Positions 59,220 to 64,000 of a DNA stretch of 64,000 nt are shown one piece after another. Source of the DNA: Longimicrobiales bacterium (GTDB lineage: Bacteria; Gemmatimonadota; Gemmatimonadetes; Longimicrobiales; Gaopeijiaceae). Below the pieces are notes generated by a model. That model ran no database searches and was not told the DNA's origin. It was given only the letters and a program-made list of their open reading frames with translations. A program made the translations under genes and the position numbers. The stretch spans positions 4,224,001-4,288,000 of the forward strand of contig OZ250165.1 of assembly GCA_965238005.1 (NCBI GenBank), read 5' to 3'. The number at the start of each line of letters is the position of its first letter. Position 1 is the first letter of the stretch.

Positions 59220-60353
59220 TCACTCGTTAGGCTCGTAGGCGCAGAACGGGTCGGACTCCATTAGTGAACCCGTCGTCGCATAGGCTCGGGCACGGGAGCC
59301 GCCGCATGACCAGCGGTACTCGCAGCGCCCACACTTCCCCTGAAGGGCGTCCATGTCCCTCAATCCGGCCAGCTCGGGTGCGTTCCGATAGATCTCCGTC
59401 AGGGACTTCTCGCGCACGTTTGCGAGGAGCGGATGGGGCAGGAATCCCGCCGGGAAGACGTTGCCCTGGTGAGAGACGAAGATGACCCCGTTTCCGTCGC
59501 GCATGCCGAAGGAAAGGCGCTTGCCCATCTTGGCGATCTCCTCTTCGCTCATTCCCTCCGCGAGCTTGCGCTGGATGTGATAGCGCCGGTAGTGGGGAGC
59601 CTCCACAGTGGCGATGTGGAATGGGGCCTCCTGAGCGGTGTCGTAGGCCCACTCGAAAAGCTCCTCGATCTGTTCCGCGCTGGGCATGCCGAGGGTCAAC
59701 CCACGACCGACGGGCACCAGGAGGAAGAGACTCCAGCGCCGCACCGGTGGGGAGGCATAGGCCTTGAGGAACTCGTACATGTCCGGAAGATGGGCGATGG
59801 TGCCGGCGGTGACCGTCGTGTTGATCTGCACAAGCATGCGCGCCTCGCGGGCATACGCCAGAGCGTCCATGGAGTGGGCGAAGGTGCCCTGGACTCCCCG
59901 GAAGGCATCGTGGAGCTCTGCGGTCGGCCCGTCGAGGCTGACCCCCATGGCGGCCACGCCGAGCTCCTTGAAGCGGTGGACCGCCTCCTGCGTCACGGTT
60001 GGGGTCGTGGAGGGGGTGATGGCCACGGGGACCTTGATCTCGCGAGCGTAGGCGATCAGATCGAAAAGATCGGGGCGCTTCATGGGATCTCCACCCGTGA
60101 GGATCACCATGCTTCCCAACTGCTTGATCTCCTCCAGCAGGGCCTTTCCCTCCTCCAACGTCAACTCGAGGGGATCCCGATCTTGGATGGCGTTGGCTCG
60201 GCAGTGCTTGCACGCCAGGTCGCACGCGATTGTGGTCTCCCAATACACGTTCCGGGGGGCATGGTCATAGACGTACCCCGGGAAGCGCGAACCCACTAAA
60301 GATGCCTTGGGGGCGGGACCCGGATGAGCCAACGAGGGGGATGAGGGAGGCAC
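59220..60353 (-). CDS. Radical SAM/SPASM protein, TIGR04053-like (AhbD/NirJ-related)
   Basis: WETTIACDLACKHC, TGGDP, VPVGRG, TVEAPHYRR and GKCGRCEYRWSCGGSRARA motifs. Confidence 0.85.
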   Translation of the reverse strand: MPPSSPSLAHPGPAPKASLVGSRFPGYVYDHAPRNVYWETTIACDLACKHCRANAIQDRDPLELTLEEGKALLEEIKQLGSMVILTGGDPMKRPDLFDLIAYAREIKVPVAITPSTTPTVTQEAVHRFKELGVAAMGVSLDGPTAELHDAFRGVQGTFAHSMDALAYAREARMLVQINTTVTAGTIAHLPDMYEFLKAYASPPVRRWSLFLLVPVGRGLTLGMPSAEQIEELFEWAYDTAQEAPFHIATVEAPHYRRYHIQRKLAEGMSEEEIAKMGKRLSFGMRDGNGVIFVSHQGNVFPAGFLPHPLLANVREKSLTEIYRNAPELAGLRDMDALQGKCGRCEYRWSCGGSRARAYATTGSLMESDPFCAYEPNE

Positions 60354-60394
60354 GTGCGTCTCCAGTCCGCGGATCCCGACGCGAGGCCGGCTCG

Positions 60395-61594
60395 TCAGAA
60401 GACGACGCTCGTCATCAGATAGGTGAACGTGTAGTGCCCGGCGTCACGGCCGATCTCGGCCAGGCCACGGCGTCCCCATACATGCGACAATCCGCCGGTC
60501 AGCCGCAGCGCGGAGTTGGATCCATAGGCGAGCGTAACATCGACCTCCTCGGCCAACCTTGCCGTGCCGAGCCCATTCCCCTCCGCCAGACGGAAGGCGT
60601 GGAGATCTGCCCCGATGCTCGTCCCGGCGGGACCGTCGAGGCTCCATTTCAGCGCGAGGTCCCGCAGGCCCCTTCCCCCTGTGTCCCGGGGGATGTTCAG
60701 GAACAGGTCGGCGAAGCCGTAAAACTTGTGGTTCGTGGCGAAGAGGGTCTCGAAGGTTCGCACGGTGCCGTCATCGGGGGCGGCGTCCCCCGACAGGTGG
60801 TCGTACCAGAGTGACAGATCGCCGAGCGGCTGTGGCAGTGCATGTCCCAGGCGCACCCCGAACATCCAGCCGCGCACCCGCTCGCCGGATCGCCGACCGA
60901 GCTGTGCCGCGCCTTCGACGCGATACGCCAGCGCCCCAAGACGCCCGTGGGCGCGCAGACCGGAAGTCCACTGCCGTGTGTCAGCGGGACGCGACCGCGA
61001 GAAGAACCCGAACGTATCCAGGCTGTGGCTCCTCCTGGATGCGACGGCGTAGACCCCGAGGAGAGCCGAGTCCTCCCCCTCGTCGACGGCTTCTTCGGTC
61101 AGTTGGGCTCGAAACACGTCGATGGTGAGAGCAGGGATCCGAAGCGTAGTCCGGATCGCATCGAAAGAGCGGCCCTGCTGTGTCCACCCCACAGCACCCA
61201 TCAGCCGCTCACCCCCGAAAGAGATCTCCTGCCTTCCGATGCGGGCCGACCATCGCTTCCTCAGGGTCACGTCGAAGAACCCTTGATGGAGGTCCAGGTT
61301 GTCGGCGCTGTAGTCGGCCAGAGTGCTCTGCTCCTCCCCCCATGTCCGCACGTCCTGGAACTCGGCGATAATCCTGACGGGGGGTTTCGGACGGGCTTCG
61401 ACCCTGATCCGGAGGCGCATCGTCGTCAGTTCGTACGACGGCCGGACAGGTGCGGTGTGCATCTCGAAACGCGGCCGGATCTGACCGCTGACCGAGACCT
61501 CTTGACCGGCCATCCCGGGCGGGAGGACGGCCAATAGCAGGCCGAGCAGCGAAGCTCGCCAGAGCGACGCTGAGTAACGCCCTGGAGTCCTCAA
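60395..61594 (-). CDS. Alginate-export-family outer-membrane porin
   Basis: [14 protein letters not shown]...GRSFDA, LSGD and [14 protein letters not shown] motifs; terminal Phe. Confidence 0.8.
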   Translation of the reverse strand: MRTPGRYSASLWRASLLGLLLAVLPPGMAGQEVSVSGQIRPRFEMHTAPVRPSYELTTMRLRIRVEARPKPPVRIIAEFQDVRTWGEEQSTLADYSADNLDLHQGFFDVTLRKRWSARIGRQEISFGGERLMGAVGWTQQGRSFDAIRTTLRIPALTIDVFRAQLTEEAVDEGEDSALLGVYAVASRRSHSLDTFGFFSRSRPADTRQWTSGLRAHGRLGALAYRVEGAAQLGRRSGERVRGWMFGVRLGHALPQPLGDLSLWYDHLSGDAAPDDGTVRTFETLFATNHKFYGFADLFLNIPRDTGGRGLRDLALKWSLDGPAGTSIGADLHAFRLAEGNGLGTARLAEEVDVTLAYGSNSALRLTGGLSHVWGRRGLAEIGRDAGHYTFTYLMTSVVF

Positions 61595-62649
61595 CTATCT
61601 GGGTCCGTATCGAAGACGATGGGCCGAGCCTCGCCGACGACGTTGAGCATCCCCAGTGCACCCTTGTCGAAGGCCCGGAAGATCGCGTGATCGACCAGAA
61701 GGTACGTGCCAGGCACGTCAGCCCGGAACTCGGCGATCGCGGCGCCGCCCGGCGGCACCAGCGTCGTCTGGATGTTATGCGTGACGGCGGTGCCCGCCTC
61801 GGCATAGACGTTGTCGAAGATCTCGCCGATGACGTGGAAGCTGGACACCAGGTTCGGGCCGCCGTTCCCGACGAACAGACGTACCGTCTCGCCCACGTTG
61901 ACCGTGAGGGCCATGTCATCCGTGAGCGATCCCACGGCGCCGTTGAACACCACGTAGGTCGGGTTCTCGGCCAGGGCCTTGTCGTAGCTGAAGGGCTGGT
62001 GGCCCTGGGCGCCGAAGGTGCCCTGCGTGTAGAACTCGCCCTGCATCACGTAGAACTCGTTGTCGACCGGGGGCAGTCCCTCTTCGGGCTCTACCAGGAT
62101 CATCCCGTACATCCCGTTGGCGATGTGCATGCCCACGGGGGCCGTGGCGCAGTGGTAGATGTAGAGGGCGGGGTTCAGAGCCGTGAAGGTGAAGACGGTC
62201 TCCTGACCGGGGCCGGTGAGGGTGGCCTTGGCGCCTCCGCCGGGGCCGGTGACGGCGTGCAGGTCGATGTTGTGGGGGACCATGCTGGATTCATGATTCT
62301 TCAGGTGGAACTCGACGAGGTCTCCCTCTCGCACTCGGATGAATTTGCCCGGAACCGATCCACCGAAGGTCCAGAACGTGTACTCGACGCCGTCGGCGAG
62401 CCGGCCCTTCGCCTCCACCGTCTTCAGCTCGACCACCACTCGCGTCGGGTAGTTCCGGGTAATCGGTGGAGGAACCATGGGAGGGCGGGTAAGGACCGCG
62501 GTCTCGACACCGGTGACCGGTCCGGGGTCGTGAACCGGAATGTGGGCATCGTCTATTACTCCCGCCGGCTCGGAGGCCGCGAGAAACCCGATGAGGACCA
62601 GCGAAACCACCGATCCCACGAGCGTGGCGTGCTTCGTCAGCTCTTTCAT
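61591..62649 (-). CDS. nirK: Copper-containing nitrite reductase (AniA-like)
   Basis: [36 protein letters not shown] and LVDH: T1 and T2 Cu ligands present. Confidence 0.95.
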   Translation of the reverse strand: MKELTKHATLVGSVVSLVLIGFLAASEPAGVIDDAHIPVHDPGPVTGVETAVLTRPPMVPPPITRNYPTRVVVELKTVEAKGRLADGVEYTFWTFGGSVPGKFIRVREGDLVEFHLKNHESSMVPHNIDLHAVTGPGGGAKATLTGPGQETVFTFTALNPALYIYHCATAPVGMHIANGMYGMILVEPEEGLPPVDNEFYVMQGEFYTQGTFGAQGHQPFSYDKALAENPTYVVFNGAVGSLTDDMALTVNVGETVRLFVGNGGPNLVSSFHVIGEIFDNVYAEAGTAVTHNIQTTLVPPGGAAIAEFRADVPGTYLLVDHAIFRAFDKGALGMLNVVGEARPIVFDTDPDS

Positions 62650-62747
62650 TGACTCTCAGTCTGCGTTGGAGGTTCGTGCTTTCCTCCAAAGTTCGGCGAG
62701 ACCGGAGTCCGGCGCTGTCAGGAGTAGGGCCAGGGGAGGTGTGGGAA

Positions 62748-62800
62748 GAAGCCGGATATGTGGTCGGGAGAAGCCGGATGTGTGGTCGGGAGAAGCCCTA
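62748..62800. repeat. 22-bp tandem repeat (~2.4 copies) upstream of nirK
   Basis: GAAGCCGGATRTGTGGTCGGGA x2 followed by GAAGCCCTA. Confidence 0.75.
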
Positions 62801-62827
62801 CAGTGCCCATACAGCAGCCGGGACGAC

Positions 62828-63481
62828 TTACGGCGCTTTGAGCAGCCCCACTCGCAACGCGAAACGGACCAGCTCGGAACGATGCGTCAGGCCCAGCTTC
62901 TGCATGATCCGGCTCCTATAGGTGTCGACGGTCTTCGGGCTGATGAAGAGCTTCTTCCCGATCTCGGTCGAGCTGAACCCCTCCGCTGTCAGCGCAAGGA
63001 CCTCCTGCTCGCGTGAGCTCAGGTCGTGGAGACCCACGTCGTCGTCGGCTTCCGCCTGTTTGTAGCGCCGCAGCAGCAGCGTAGTAGCCTTCGGAGGCAG
63101 GAACACCTGGCCCCTGGCAACGACCTTGATCGCCTCCGTAAGGTCTGTATCGGCGCTGGTCTTGGTCATGTATCCGCTCCCGCCCGCGTCGACTACCGGA
63201 ACGAGGTACTCCTCCTCGGCGTGCACAGTGAGCACGAGCACCTTGGTGTCGAGCCCTAAAGCGACGATCCGTCGGGTCGCCTCCAGCCCGTTCGAGTCAG
63301 GCATCGATAGGTCCATGACAACGACGTCTGGTTTGAGCTCACGGGCGCGATCTACGGCCTCGTCACCCGTGGATGCCTCCCCGACCACCGTGATCCGACC
63401 GTCTGCCTCGAGGAGGGCCTTAATACCGGCCCGAAACATGGCATGGTCATCGGCGAGGAGAACCCTAATGCCTTCAGCCAT
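62828..63481 (-). CDS. NarL/LuxR-family response regulator (NreC-like)
   Basis: LADDH, MDLSMP and LSSREQEVL...ISPKTVDTYR motifs. Confidence 0.93.
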   Translation of the reverse strand: MAEGIRVLLADDHAMFRAGIKALLEADGRITVVGEASTGDEAVDRARELKPDVVVMDLSMPDSNGLEATRRIVALGLDTKVLVLTVHAEEEYLVPVVDAGGSGYMTKTSADTDLTEAIKVVARGQVFLPPKATTLLLRRYKQAEADDDVGLHDLSSREQEVLALTAEGFSSTEIGKKLFISPKTVDTYRSRIMQKLGLTHRSELVRFALRVGLLKAP

Positions 63482-63485
63482 AGCG

Positions 63486-64000
63486 CTAACCGGCTTCCGC
63501 CTTCGGGAGGTCGATGCGGATCCGGGTTCCCTCCCCGGGGGCGGTCTCGATCGTTAGGCGACCTCCTATCATGGTCGCGCGCTCTCGCATTCCCAATAGG
63601 CCGAGCCCCCCTCGCCCGTCGGCACTCCCTTCGAGGTCGAAGCCCTTTCCAGAGTCCGATACCTCGGCAAAGACGGATCCGTCGTCGACGCCCAGTGTCA
63701 GGCGGGCATCCGGGACGTCGGCATGTCTCATAACGTTCAACAGCGCTTCCTGAACGACTCGGTAAATCACTAGACGCTCGTTGGAGCCGAGAAACGGATC
63801 AACGAGCCCGACCTCCGCCTCGACATCGAACCCGGTCCCCTCGCGGAGACCTCTCAAGTGGGACTGAAGCGCAGCGGCGAGTCCGACGTCGCCGAGTTCG
63901 GGGGGCCGAAGTCCACGAGCGATGCGCTTTACGCCCTCGGCCGTTTCCACGATCTCTTCGCGGATCTCCCTGAGCAGAGATCTCCGGCTCTCCGCGTCTG
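63486..64000 (-). CDS. Sensor histidine kinase, HisKA_3 type (NreB-like), runs off right edge
   Basis: LRPPEL..GL, YRVVQEALLNV.RHA, DSGKGF, GLGLLGMRERA and GEGT motifs. Confidence 0.88.
   Translation of the reverse strand, partial: DAESRRSLLREIREEIVETAEGVKRIARGLRPPELGDVGLAAALQSHLRGLREGTGFDVEAEVGLVDPFLGSNERLVIYRVVQEALLNVMRHADVPDARLTLGVDDGSVFAEVSDSGKGFDLEGSADGRGGLGLLGMRERATMIGGRLTIETAPGEGTRIRIDLPKAEAG

Noticed and set aside
59220..60353. RiPP maturase or heme d1 NirJ
   Set aside because: No precursor peptide, nirS or other heme d1 genes nearby; motifs fit the TIGR04053-like family better.
62748..62800. Possible CRISPR array
   Set aside because: The repeats are contiguous with no spacers, and there are no cas genes in the window.

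Overview
GC-rich bacterial DNA, probably Gemmatimonadota (inferred from gene families only: DUF4837, HEAT + HD-GYP pair, VPS10-like hydrolase, acidobacterial-type PadR). The left ~24 kb is mostly housekeeping and secreted hydrolases, including dnaE and a sahR-ahcY operon with a visible operator. About 24.4-45.6 kb is a heavy-metal island. It holds a ZntR-like MerR regulon with three matching operators around an atypical 'YPC' P1B-ATPase, a cusCBA-type RND efflux system, and a mer-like operon. In that operon MerP carries an in-frame UGA at the first Cys of GMTCxxC followed by a SECIS-like hairpin (probable selenocysteine), and MerA has tandem YHS/TRASH-like domains. Two Cys-containing, PPR-ending leader ORFs head the metal operons, and an intact IS1182-like element splits the mer operon. 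The right part has a TetR-SDR cluster, several gene scars, a tRNA-Lys 3' fragment (att-like) and a nirK locus with a NreBC-like two-component system. All family calls are from motif recognition; no searches were run.
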